Positions 25,990 through 37,282 of a stretch of 64,000 nucleotides of DNA are shown here, in pieces. Both the position numbers and the translations under genes were made by a program. Where the stretch lies: assembly GCA_019828565.1 (NCBI GenBank), contig JAHDYR010000038.1, positions 1,064,452-1,128,451 on the forward strand, written 5' to 3'. Under the pieces are notes generated by a model that saw only the letters and a list, made by a program, of their open reading frames with translations, was not told the origin of the DNA and did not search any database. Every line of letters starts with the position of its first letter. Position 1 is the stretch's first letter. The stretch comes from Carpediemonas membranifera BICM (Eukaryota > Protista > Fornicata).

Positions 25990-27214
25990 CTAAACAATCG
26001 GTCTCATGCCCTCTACTCGCTTATAGACAACCTTACATTTGCTGCAGAGGGGAACGATGTACAACTTGCCATCAATGGTGTACTGCACTTCCTCAGAGCA
26101 ATGCTCACAGTACCACCAGTGACAGCCTCGGCAGCAAAGAAGAGTAGAAGCCTGTTCTTCTGCTTTCTTCGTGTTCTTGGATCTTAGGCCCTTTTTGCAC
26201 GCCTGGCACTTGTTGCTAGAGCCGGTAATATAGCACGCGGGACAGTAGTCCTTCTTGCCCTTCGTCCTGACACATTGCTCGTGCAGGAAACCTTTGCAAG
26301 CACAGCATCTCCTGAACGTAGTGCCGTCTGGATTGAAGAACCACTCGGGGGTACCACACACAAGACATCCAAATAGCATTTTGCGCTGATGAAGGCTAAG
26401 GAAAGTCGTCTTACATGTCTCGGGTTCGGTAGGCGGGTCTCTCACACGGGTCTCTGAGACAACGTCATTGATCAGGACCTTAATACGGTCAACAACAGCA
26501 TCGGACACGTTGTTAGACACCTGCTGCAGATCGTCGTCACCAAGCCTGGGTCGCTTGGCTTCCTCGTCGTCAAAGACGATCTTCTTCCGAACCGGCACCG
26601 ATCGATCTGTCGTTGACTGAGGTGTGTCTGCTTCATCACCAACACCAAGTGAAGACAGTTGCGTAGTCGACCGTATCGGTGGGATCTCTGCCTTGATCAT
26701 CGTAGTCGGGGTCGATTTGACCGTTGCCTTTTTGCTTGACAGGCTTATATCTCACCCGGTTGATCACAGGCAAGTTCTCAAGGCTGATTGAGTCGGAAAC
26801 ATCGTTCAGTCCAGCATCTGAGAGAACATCTGAGAGCATCTGGCGGAACTCGGCATGGCAGGGCTGACTACGGACAGCAATGTGCTGCATGACAGAGCCA
26901 TTGTACTCCGCAGAGGGTCTAACTGCTGTTATAAACGTAGTAACGCCGACAACAGTCGTCCGCCTGACCTGTTCCCGGAGTTCAATTGACTTGAACCCAG
27001 GGCATTCGGCGGCGACCCTGCGCTGGACCTCCAGAAGTACCTTATGGATGTCGCGTGCACTCAAGCCGAGGTCAGTTGCCTCGTCGTCCTCAAATACTGA
27101 AGAAACAACGGCTGTAACAAATGAACGACGGAGATTTGCGAGCTTACTGTTGCCATACTGTCTGATGGGGGGCGTAGCAGCAATAGGTTCTGGTACAGAC
27201 ACTTCTGAATTCAT
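25990..27214 (-). CDS. PHD-like multi-zinc-finger protein (split ORFs)
   Basis: CLVC...CCAC-x4-H-x2-C...CPAC followed by a second Cys cluster; homolog of 1473-2754. Confidence 0.7.
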
Positions 27215-27985
27215 GAGAATTTCTATCCAAGCTGTTTACGTTGTTACATTTGTCTATTTACGTAGACTCCTGGCATTGACAATACCTAAAACTGCGACAT
27301 TTGTCGGTCATGATTCGAGCAACTAGCCACCAAAAGGTAGAAACGGTAACGTCAGGGCTCGTGGAAGTTGCCAAAGTACAAGATTCTTACCAAATAATCC
27401 GAAAAACTGCTCAGGGCTTGCGAAAGGAAGAAGAAATCAACAAAAAGGTGAATGACACAGAGTTTCTGCTGCAAGAGATACGCGATTTGTTTATAGATGC
27501 CATACAGACGATGAGGGACAAGTAAAAATGACATTCACTAGCTTTGCTTCTCATTTCACATATTCTTGTGAAATATGTGAAATGTGAAACAGATTCTAGT
27601 GAATCTCATTTTTTCTTGCACTTTTTGGAGTATCTCCAGGGTATCTCCCGGGAGACTCTAGCCATTCTTACAGTATGTTATAATAGTCTGCCCGAGTAGA
27701 GTCCAGCCATACCATAAATGTCCCCCAATCTCCCCCTCCCGGTCGCTCATACCTCCAAAATGGCCTATATTCCCTGTAGGGAGATTAATAAGGGCGGATT
27801 TCCCATAAGTCGTGGCATAGAGGGAAGAGACTTTGTACACAGCCTCCTGATCGTGGGTTCAATTTTCACCGGGAGCAATATGCTCTTTTTGGCAGACAAC
27901 GCCGCTCCGAGCTCTATCGCGCCCAGCGGTGCCTGCAGCGGCCAGAACAGAGCTAGAATTCGGGTGATTTTTAATCTCGATCGAA

Positions 27986-28629
27986 ATGCTGCTGAAGCAC
28001 GCTCTAGAGGGACTGAAGCGCTCTACGAAGGAGCAATACAAGCAGACATATCAAAAACTGTGCGTTTACCTTGAGTGCGACGATGAGGATGCTGATGTTG
28101 TTATTATCACAGAGATCCGACAAAATAGTGACGTATTCGAACAGTTTCTGGACTCTCTGTCCTTCTGTTGCCGTTTTGGACGGTACAAGTCCATCTCGAT
28201 GCCTCAACAGGCTCTCGTTCGCCTTCTTCGCACTGCTGGTGCCGAAACCGACCTAATTTGCAGGATAAGGACTCACACGCTTCCGGCACGCCAGGTGCTG
28301 ACTGAGGAAGAGTACGACAAGCTCACGGGTGCTCTGAAGTACGACATTGCCGAGTCCCACCGTCAGCTCGCCCTAGTCGTTGCTCTCTGCCGGCTGGGAT
28401 CGTATGTCGCAGACCTACGTGACTTAGACCCGCGCTACAGGAGTTGATGCAAGAGGCTGCCGTGGATCACCCTGCCTTTGAGACCCTTATCTGGATGTCC
28501 AAGGACCTTGATTCGCTCTGGGGTAGTCCCCCCATGACAGTCAGGCACGCGAAACGCATCTTGCACGAAGCGGGGACTTCAGTGACTGAAGCGAGGACGA
28601 ATAAATCCTTTCAGTCTGAAGTGAGTTAA
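27986..28629 (+). CDS. Degenerate tyrosine-recombinase-like protein
   Basis: STKEQY N-terminal helix, VLTEEEYDKL and a box-I-like LGSYVADLRDL that lacks the catalytic Arg; HxxR and Tyr not evident. Confidence 0.35.
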
Positions 28630-28707
28630 GCGTGTAATACGCCATAAAAGCTTCCGCCGGTGAGGTATCGAGCTCTGTGGTCAGCATAGAGAAGTGTTGC
28701 ATTATTC

Positions 28708-31700
28708 TGCGAAATAGTGGCCAATTGGCCACTATTTCGCACCCTTATGCTCGCAACGAGACTGAAATGAGGTTCCAGGCGAAAAGCGAAGCAACGATGA
28801 GTAAAGTAAGTAAGTGGTGCTGGTGTCGTGGCTGTGGGGCGTGTGGCACTTGCGCCCCGAAAACGCCATATTACCGGGGTTCGTCGACATCTCTGCTCCC
28901 AAATCTGCACCTGAATTTTCGGGAGCATGGCGGGGAGCTGGGCCAGACAAGTGGTGCCACAGGGACTAAGCTCCGCAGCTCAGCCTCTGCCAGGCGGCAC
29001 TCGTTTGAATTCTGCACGAAAATATTCAGACGACGAAAGATGGGCAAAGGGCCCCGAAAACGCTGTAGTACCAGCGCAAGTGAAGCATTTTGTAATAGAA
29101 TAGCTTACTTGCGCTGATGCTGGCGTTTTCGGGGCCCCAAATCGCCTCCGTGCGCTCTCCTGCTGCTCTCCCTCCCGTGCGCCATACCCCGGCGCTCTCC
29201 TGCCGCTCTCCCTCCCGTGCGCCATACCCCGGCGCTCTCATGCTGCTCTCCCTCCCATGCGCCATACCCCGGCGCTCTCATGCTGCTCTCCCTCCCGTGC
29301 GCCATCGCCCGGCGCTCTCCTGCCGCTCTCCCTCCCGTGCGCCATACCCCGGCGCTCTCCTGCCGCTCTCCCTCCCGTGCCATACCCCGGCGCTCTCCTG
29401 CCGCTCTCCCTCCCGTGCGCCATACCCCTGGCGTCTCATGCTGCTCCCTCCCATGCCCATACCCCTGGCGCTTTCATGCTGCTTCCCTCCCGTGCGCCAT
29501 CGCCCGGCGCTCTCCTGCCGCTCTCCCTCCCGTGCGCCATCCCCCGGCGCTCTCCCTCCCGTGCGCCATCGCCCGGCGCTCTCATGCTGCTCTCCCTCCC
29601 GTGCGCCATCGCCCGGCGCTCTCCTGCCGCTCTCCACCGCCGTTATCCTCCCGGCGCTTGTTTCTTGGCCGCTCGCTCTCTATATTGAAGTTAAATGGTG
29701 TTTATTACTCCTATTGATGGTAATAAGGCCTCATCAGTGCTTCGCACGGCTAACAACTAACGCCACAGCTGAAACTGATGATTCACTACGTTAAACGAGA
29801 AAGTGAGTGAACCGTTTGTTGATATTGTTAAAAAGTCTTGATCTGCGCACCAAACGCTCCTGTTACTGTCTTAATTGCCGATATCGTAGTGGCCAATTGG
29901 CCACTATTTCGCACTTTATGCTCGCAACGAGACTGAAATGAGGTTCCAGGCGAAAAGCGAAGCAACGATGAGTAAAGTAAGTAAGTGGTGCTGGTGTCGT
30001 GGCTGTGGGGCGTGTGGCACTTGCGCCCCGAAAACGCCATATTACCGGGGTTCGTCGACATCTCTGCTCCCAAATCTGCACCTGAATTTTCGGGAGCATG
30101 GCGGGGAGCTGGGCCAGACAAGTGGTGCCACAGGGACTAAGCTCCGCAGCTCAGCCTCTGCCAGGCGGCACTCGTTTGAATTCTGCACGAAAATATTCAG
30201 ACGACGAAAGATGGGCAAGGGCCCCGAAAACGCTGTAGTACCAGCGCAAGTGAAGCATTTTGTAATAGAATAGCTTACTTGCGCTGATGCTGGCGTTTTC
30301 GGGGCCCCAAATCGCCTCCGTGCGCTCTCCTGCTGCTCTCCCTCCCGTGCGCCATCCCCCGGCGCTCTCCTGCCGCTCTCCCTCCCGTGCGCCATCGCCC
30401 GGCGCTCTCCTGCCGCTCTCCCTCCCGTGCGCCATCGCCCGGCGCTCTCATGCTGCTCTCCCTCCCGTGCGCCATCGCCCGGCGCTCTCCTGCCGCTCTC
30501 CACCGCCGTTATCCTCCCGGCGCTTGTTTCTTGGCCGCTCGCTCTCTATATTGAAGTTAAATGGTGTTTATTACTCCTATTGATGGTAATAAGGCCTCAT
30601 CAGTGCTTCGCACGGCTAACAACTAACGCCACAGCTGAAACTGATGATTCACTACGTTAAACGAGAAAGTGAGTGAACCGTTTGTTGATATTGTTAAAAA
30701 GTCTTGATCTGCGCACCAAACGCTCCTGTTACTGTCTTAATTGCCGATATCGTAGTGGCCAATTGGCCACTATTTCGCACTTTATGCTCGCAACGAGACT
30801 GAAATGAGGTTCCAGGCGAAAAGCGAAGCAACGATGAGTAAAGTAAGTAAGTGGTGCTGGTGTCGTGGCTGTGGGGCGTGTGGCACTTGCGCCCCGAAAA
30901 CGCCATATTACCGGGGTTCGTCGACATCTCTGCTCCCAAATCTGCACCTGAATTTTCGGGAGCATGGCGGGGAGCTGGGCCAGACAAGTGGTGCCACAGG
31001 GACTAAGCTCCGCAGCTCAGCCTCTGCCAGGCGGCACTCGTTTGAATTCTGCACGAAAATATTCAGACGACGAAAGATGGGCAAGGGCCCCGAAAACGCT
31101 GTAGTACCAGCGCAAGTGAAGCATTTTGTAATAGAATAGCTTACTTGCGCTGATGCTGGCGTTTTCGGGGCCCCAAATCGCCTCCGTGCGCTCTCCTGCT
31201 GCTCTCCCTCCCGTGCGCCATACCCCGGCGCTCTCCTGCTGCTCTCCTCCCGTGCGCCATACCCCGGCGCTCTCATGCTGCTCTCCCTCCCATGCGCCAT
31301 ACCCCGGCGCTCTCATGCTGCTCTCCCTCCCGTGCGCCATCCCCCGGCGCTCTCCCTCCCGTGCGCCATCCCCCGGCGCTCTCCCTCCCGTGCGCCATCG
31401 CCCGGCGCTCTCCTGCTGCTCTCCCTCCCGTGCGCCATCGCCCGGCGCTCTCCTGCCGCTCTCCCTCCCGTGCGCCATCGCCCGGCGCTCTCCTGCCGCT
31501 CTCCCTCCCGTGCGCCATACCCCGGCGCTCTCCTGCCGCTCTCCACCGCCGTTATCCTCCCGGCGCTTGTTTCTTGGCCGCTCGCTCTCTATATTGAAGT
31601 TAAATGGTGTTTATTACTCCTATTGATGGTAATAAGGCCTCATCAGTGCTTCGCACGGCTAACAACTAACGCCACAGCTGAAACTGATGATTCACTACGT

Positions 31701-31852
31701 TAAACGAGAAAGTGAGTGAACCGTTTGTTGATATTGTTAAAAAGTCTTGATCTGCGCACCAAACGCTCCTGTTACTGTCTTAATTGCCGATATCGTAGTG
31801 GCCAATTGGCCACTATTTCGCACTTTATGCTCGCAACGAGACTGAAATGAGG
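28708..31852. repeat. Tandem macro-repeat of three units (1171, 866 and 1043 bp) plus a partial unit, each with a 40-bp minisatellite array
   Basis: Unit marker TAGTGGCCAATTGGCCACTA at 28716, 29887, 30753 and 31796. Minisatellite GCCATCGCCCGGCGCTCTCCTGCCGCTCTCCCTCCCGTGC arrays at ~29147-29637, 30317-30503 and 31183-31545. Confidence 0.95.
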
Positions 31853-32547
31853 AACTTAAGAATAGAAAGAATACTGGCGGCTTTAACGTAGTAGGCATGT
31901 GCACAACACTAAGAAACATCAGTAAGCGGGCGCAGAGCATCATTAAAGCAACAATAATCCCTAAACAACATCAATCATCATAAGTCCATCAGGACCATAC
32001 GATATGAACTATAAATGGAGCATAGATCAGTACAGCTGATTTGAAAGTACCAGGCATGGCCAGAATACCGCAATACTCGCCCGTTGATCCACGTGACCTC
32101 CATCTTGGTCGGTATCCAGAGAACGCCCGTCAGACGCTTGCAACGGAACATTTAGGGGGTGCATCCTGAATGGGGCCAGATTTGAGGGACCCTTGGTCTG
32201 ACATGCCATGACCGAGTACTCTAGGGGCCTCCACAGTGCGTCCCGAGGTACGTTAGAGCACCACAGACCTTCCCCCAAAAGCTGACTCCTGGACACCTTG
32301 GCCGGAGCTCGCCCGAAGCGTGCCTCGGCTTGAACTAACGGCAAGAGAGCATAAAATCAGCCCTTTCGAACCGTGTTTTATGCTCTGCTGCCGTTATAGA
32401 ATTATTCAAAGGGCCCTCTCTTTGCGCTTTTTTCTGGTTCGTGGGACGAAGTAGGGACGGACAAAAAAGCAGATACGGAAGGTATTGGAGGTACTGAGGC
32501 CGCCTAGGTACATAGTTGCCGTGTGGATGGTTTCAGTTTATTACTTT

Positions 32548-34626
32548 TGGCACTCTATGTCCATTTTTTTATGCTCTCTTGCTGATAGTGCCGAACATGG
32601 ACTTGCTAAAGTGGATTGAGAGCGCTAGCAAGGAACAGTACGATGCGATATTGGCTGCATACACCAAGGCAAGGCCTCACGAAGGACGAGAAGGAGGAGC
32701 TCCAGGATAAGTTGAAGAAGCAGTTTATGGCACTCGCCGGACCAAGAAGTTCCAAGAAGCTTGGCGCGCTGGCGAAGTGGGTTGACGACAACCAGGCTGA
32801 TATCGTGTATAGCCAGGAGAAGCGCAAGGCGCGTAAGGCCATTATTGAGGCCATTGACGCCGAGGAGAAGGACAAGGGCAAGGGCAAGGCCGAGAGCGCT
32901 AAGAAAGAACCCGTCGACGATGAGAGTGGCGTGGACAGTGGTGAAGAGAGCGGCGTCGACGATTCTGAGTTGTGCGACAGTGAGAGTGAGGTGGACTTTG
33001 ACAACGAGTCCGACGATGAGATTAGAGAACGCGCGATCAAGCGCCGGCGCGAGAGAAAGATCGCCCAGAAGCTCAAGGAGTGGGAGGACAATAACGCTCG
33101 CAACTACGTCCTGTGGCATAGAGTCCAGAAGGAGGTGCACGGCGAGCTTCGCATTCGCGCCTCTCGAGAGTCAGCTGCGGTTGCTGGGGACAACCACGTC
33201 GACGTCCAGTTCGACAGATACCTTCGCGTATCCAAGCTGCTCGAAATGAAGGACTGGATTCACAAAGACCTCCCATCTCTTCCGATGGAGGCACGAGTGC
33301 TCCATCACAAGGCGCAGAAGAGAGTACTCGAGCTGGAGGAGACCGTCACGAGGCTGCTGCAAGACGTGGGATACGCAGCTGACATCTCCATGGGTGCCAG
33401 CCCGACACCCGCGCCGTTTCGCCGCGACCTACCCCAGTCGGGCACACACCAAGCACGAACGAGTACCCCCGCCGTACGGGGAAGAGCGACACAATCCACA
33501 TGAAGCGCAAGGCCCTCATGACAATCCCTCAGAAGATCGCTGATGTCGATAACAACTCAGAGGAGTCAGACGAGGAGGAGATGGTGACAGAGGAGAAGAA
33601 GCGCGAGGCACACGAGGAGCTGGTGACAGAGGAGAGGAAGGGTGAGTCACATGAGGAGGACGTGACCAAATGCGACGCCTGCATCCAGACTGAGCCGGAG
33701 AAGGCCAGGCCAGAGGACTCGGAGGAGGAGTCAGAGGAGGAAGAGGAGCCAGTGGAGGAGGGTGAGGCAGAGGAGGAGGGCAGGAGGACGAGATGGCTGA
33801 GTCAGAGGTGAATGCAGAGTCAGAGGAGAAGCGTGAGGCAGATAAGGAGCAAGATGCAGACAACGAGGTGGCATTCGAGGCTGAGTCGGACGTTGAATAT
33901 GTCCAGGTCGACCACGTCGACCCAGCTTCCGAGCAGATGAGGAGCAGGGAAGTCAAGTTTAGAGTTGACGTCGCCAATCAGCTGGAGAAGAGCAAGCAGT
34001 GGGTCAGATACAAAACCCTGTCCCACGGCAACTGTATAACACACTGCCTCATGATGATCGAGGGCGTCACGGAGCCTCATGCGTTCAAGAGCTGGGAGAC
34101 GATGACGAATGAAGAGCAGTGTGCAGCGGAGACGAAGGCGGACAACTACCGCGAGCAGATATACAAGGAAGCGATAGAGATGAACCGGCGGGCCACTCCG
34201 GGGTACAGGCGGCCCGAGGAGGGTCTCCGGGACGAACTTTTCCATGAAGTGTGCAGTGTACACACTGTCACGGAGGAGGGCAACATCGGTAAGCCAATCA
34301 TGCAGGAGAAGTGGTTGACTCAGTGGGCTGTTGAAGCCTGGTGCTCAATGACTGGAAAGTCCGTTGCATACCTCCATGTTGTCCGGGATTCTGACCCAAA
34401 GATCGATCCAGTCGTCGGCATGTACGTTTTTAGCAAGTCTGAGGAGGGCAAAGTGACACATGTCGCGTTTAAGCCCAACGAAAACGGCCAGAGCGCCCTG
34501 GCGTGTTTTGCCCAACAGTGTCGCGAGTGGGAAATCGAGTATGCGGTCGAAGTGACAAGGGGACACGCCACTCTGCGCAAGGTTCCTCCCGGGCTGAAGA
34601 GGAGGAGATGGTCAGTGAAGAAGTAA
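32548..34626 (+). CDS. OTU-like protease with acidic N-terminal regions (split ORFs 32616-33503, 33500-33811, 33793-34626; start approximate)
   Basis: VDVQFDR motif shared with the ORF at 22816; HGNCITHC...W...RGH OTU-like residues. Confidence 0.55.
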
Positions 34627-35182
34627 GAGTAAAGGATTGATATACCGACCGTATCGCTTATGTTTATGTGACCTTGAGGTTGATTCGCGGTTTGTAGGTG
34701 GGTATGGTGCTATATTACTCAGCCTGCTGTATATGTCTAGTCTACAGCCTGTATGCAGCTGTCTGTGGTGGTAAATATCGTCGGCTGGCCGAGAAAGCAT
34801 AAACTGCACACTTGTGCATTCGAGTACAGTGACGAAATCCCTCAATATGTTACCAGCAGTGCATTTAATAACCAATATCAACGCCGAGACGCGTGTAGTT
34901 CGGAGCCATGTAGTTGTTTGCGCTCGTCTGTCCCCCCTATTACCGAAACTGGTGCTGTACTCTAGAAAATCACTAACAACATCAACTCCTTTTCTCCGCA
35001 ATGCAGATGAGAATGCCTATTCTCGCGATCTATAACTACCAATCATGTTTTCATTCTTTACTCATACTTGCCACAGATGCACACATCCAGTGAGATCTCT
35101 CCTTCCTCATTGCCCGTCAAACACGAGCCCTACCTCAACACCTTCTTCCATAGACCATCCACTTGACCTTCAAACAGAGGTC

Positions 35183-35336
35183 GACTGAGTGCCAAAAGCT
35201 GCACATGGTGTTTAGTCAACGGCCTATGGCGCACTGTCTTGTCGAAAGCAGACCGTAGCTTTGACTCAGACTGGCTGGATGTTCCCATTCACGAGCAGGG
35301 ACACACTCATGATATTTGCATATGTAAGAGATAGTA
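35183..35336 (+). pseudogene. C-terminal remnant of the transposase
   Basis: Nearly identical to 5308-5467. Confidence 0.85.
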
Positions 35337-37282
35337 AAGATCGGATTTAGTCTCGCGGTATCTCACGTGGCCCAGAGCAGCGTGCTCCTGGAATCAACAG
35401 GGCACAAAACAGCCTGCGTATTCCGGTAGCACACCGTTCTGACTCATACGTCCGTCTCTGGTTGTCGTATACAGGTCTATTTACGTGTTTGGTGATGGCG
35501 CTCCCTTAAATCTGCTTGAACAGCGTGTCGTGGCTGTCAGTATGCTGCATATGTCTCAGCGAGAAAGGAGTCACCAATCGCGTTCAGCTTTCTTGTTTCT
35601 CGCCTGATAAGGCTCGTAATATCGTTCAAGCGTGAATCTATGAAGTAATGGGACTGAATGGCCTCTATTGCGTCAATTTCCTGCGTAATCGTTGTGGAAT
35701 GGCCTAGAATAGATGTTGCAGCTGCTTCCAGCTCCTGTTGCATGCTAAATGCTGTGTTTTGGACAATTGGTCGTGTTCAGGCAGATTTTTTTCGTGCAAA
35801 GTGCAGGCTAATACCCGTCCTTAAACTGTGGGATCAGCCGCTGGGTAAATATACTGAGAAAAAACCATATAGCTGAGTTCACTGTCTTGTGCTGAATACG
35901 GTGGCGCCATTTATTTCTCTGAATCGCTAAGTTTTGTCAGCGTTGACCGCGCAAGACCGGTCGTCCTTACGCGATGTCACCCAGCCCATCTTGTAGGTCG
36001 GGTGGCCATACCTCGCGGCCTTGCTTGCTTTTCTTTGACGAGCAATATTCCCTGAGTAATAGCCTCTCCTTTTCTTCAATTCGACTCTAGCCAAGTCAAA
36101 AAACAAGAAATCGACCATATCTCAAAATCTAACAGGTAGATTCACTCTGAAAGTGATTATGCGCATATGTACCTCCTTTCAACTACTCACATAATCACTA
36201 TCGTAGTGAATCTACCTGTTAGATTTTCTGTTATTGTCCATTTTATCGTTTCGTCTTAACCTGCACGGCGAAATGCTCAAACCAGGCAATGAGTCAGAGC
36301 CAGAGCTTCTTTCCATGCTCTACGTACATCATATGGACTCTAAAGAAGACCTTCGTTTATCTCTAAATAGCTTAAATTTAATGAATACTTCATTTCTGAG
36401 CAAGAAATTGTAGATTATCTAGCGTTTTGAGGTCGAAGATAATCTAGGGTTTAGCAAAGATAATCTAGGGATGTTGACAGTATGTGATAGCTATAGAATA
36501 GATGGATAGATAAGGAACACCACATCCAGAAAGGGGGCAGGGAAGCATAGACTCTGGGATCAAGGGGAGACCCCCCATGTTTCCCAGGGAGAGGGCAGGG
36601 CCAGGGACAGAGGAAATCCATCAATTGGATGGTTGCACCACTCGCGGTGAACCTAAGGAAACTGCAGGGACTGAGCATGGGATACGGGGGGACATGACGT
36701 CCCCGCCGCCCTTGTGAACGATAGAGGGACGCTGGGAAGTGTAGCACAAGAGAACTATCATAAGGGGTACTAGGCCTTGCAGATCTAGAGTCTGTGTTAG
36801 CCCTAACCCACGCCGCCTAACAGGGGTAGATGAGAGGGACTTAGTTGCTTTCCCCGCCCACGGGTAGGCCACTTAACAGGGTCGTGGGGGCACTGAACAG
36901 GGAATCTGGAAAGAGGAGAGGGTGCCATGCTTGAACGACCCCGTAGGGACTGCAGGGAATCAGGGAGTGCTATAGAGAAGGTCTTGCAGGACAAACCTGC
37001 CTGTGGAAGCACCGAGGACAGACCCCCAGGCTCCCTGGAAGCTGCCGGGTTTACAGGGAGACAGGAAAGCGCTCAGCGCACGGAGATGGCGAAGGCCTAT
37101 GGGGGGAAGTGAAATCGGGAGTGAGCGGAAGCAGTAGCACCGAATCGCTCGTTGGACGCAGCTGACAAGTTCAATCGCAGGGAGGAGGCAGCGCCCCGGG
37201 GAACTCGGCTCCAGTAATAAGGGAGATCAGCCTAAGTAACCGGGGCCCGATACCAGGCACCATAAATTTTCTTTCTTTCTTT

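Larger units (their letters stand above)
16333..27677. mobile_element. 11.3-kb CMC-like DNA transposon (inner element, carries a transposase)
   Basis: 50-bp TIRs CATACTGTAAGAATGG... at 16333-16382 and 27628-27677 (1 mismatch) with TT TSD. Confidence 0.93.
15565..36484. mobile_element. 20.9-kb CMC-like DNA transposon (outer element, own transposase deleted)
   Basis: 75-bp TIRs at 15565-15639 and 36410-36484 (1 mismatch) with TG TSD. Excision restores the LINE C-terminus VYDSY (LINE B has VYNSY). Confidence 0.93.
10896..37282 (+). mobile_element. Non-LTR retrotransposon LINE A (5'-truncated), interrupted by the 20.9-kb DNA transposon
   Basis: 15-bp TSD CAGGCGGACCGGCTG at 10881-10895 and 37283-37297; (TTTC)n tail at 37267-37282. 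Confidence 0.9.

Noticed and set aside
16333-27677. Endogenous virus or Polinton
   Set aside because: No capsid, packaging ATPase, DNA polymerase or retroviral-type integrase is recognisable; the 2-bp TSD and transposase motifs fit a cut-and-paste element
28716-31852. CRISPR array or real proteins in the repeat region
   Set aside because: Contiguous minisatellite with no unique spacers; the ORFs are translations of the repeat
36438-36470. Telomeric repeat (CTAGGGTTT)
   Set aside because: Part of the transposon TIR, not a tandem telomere tract
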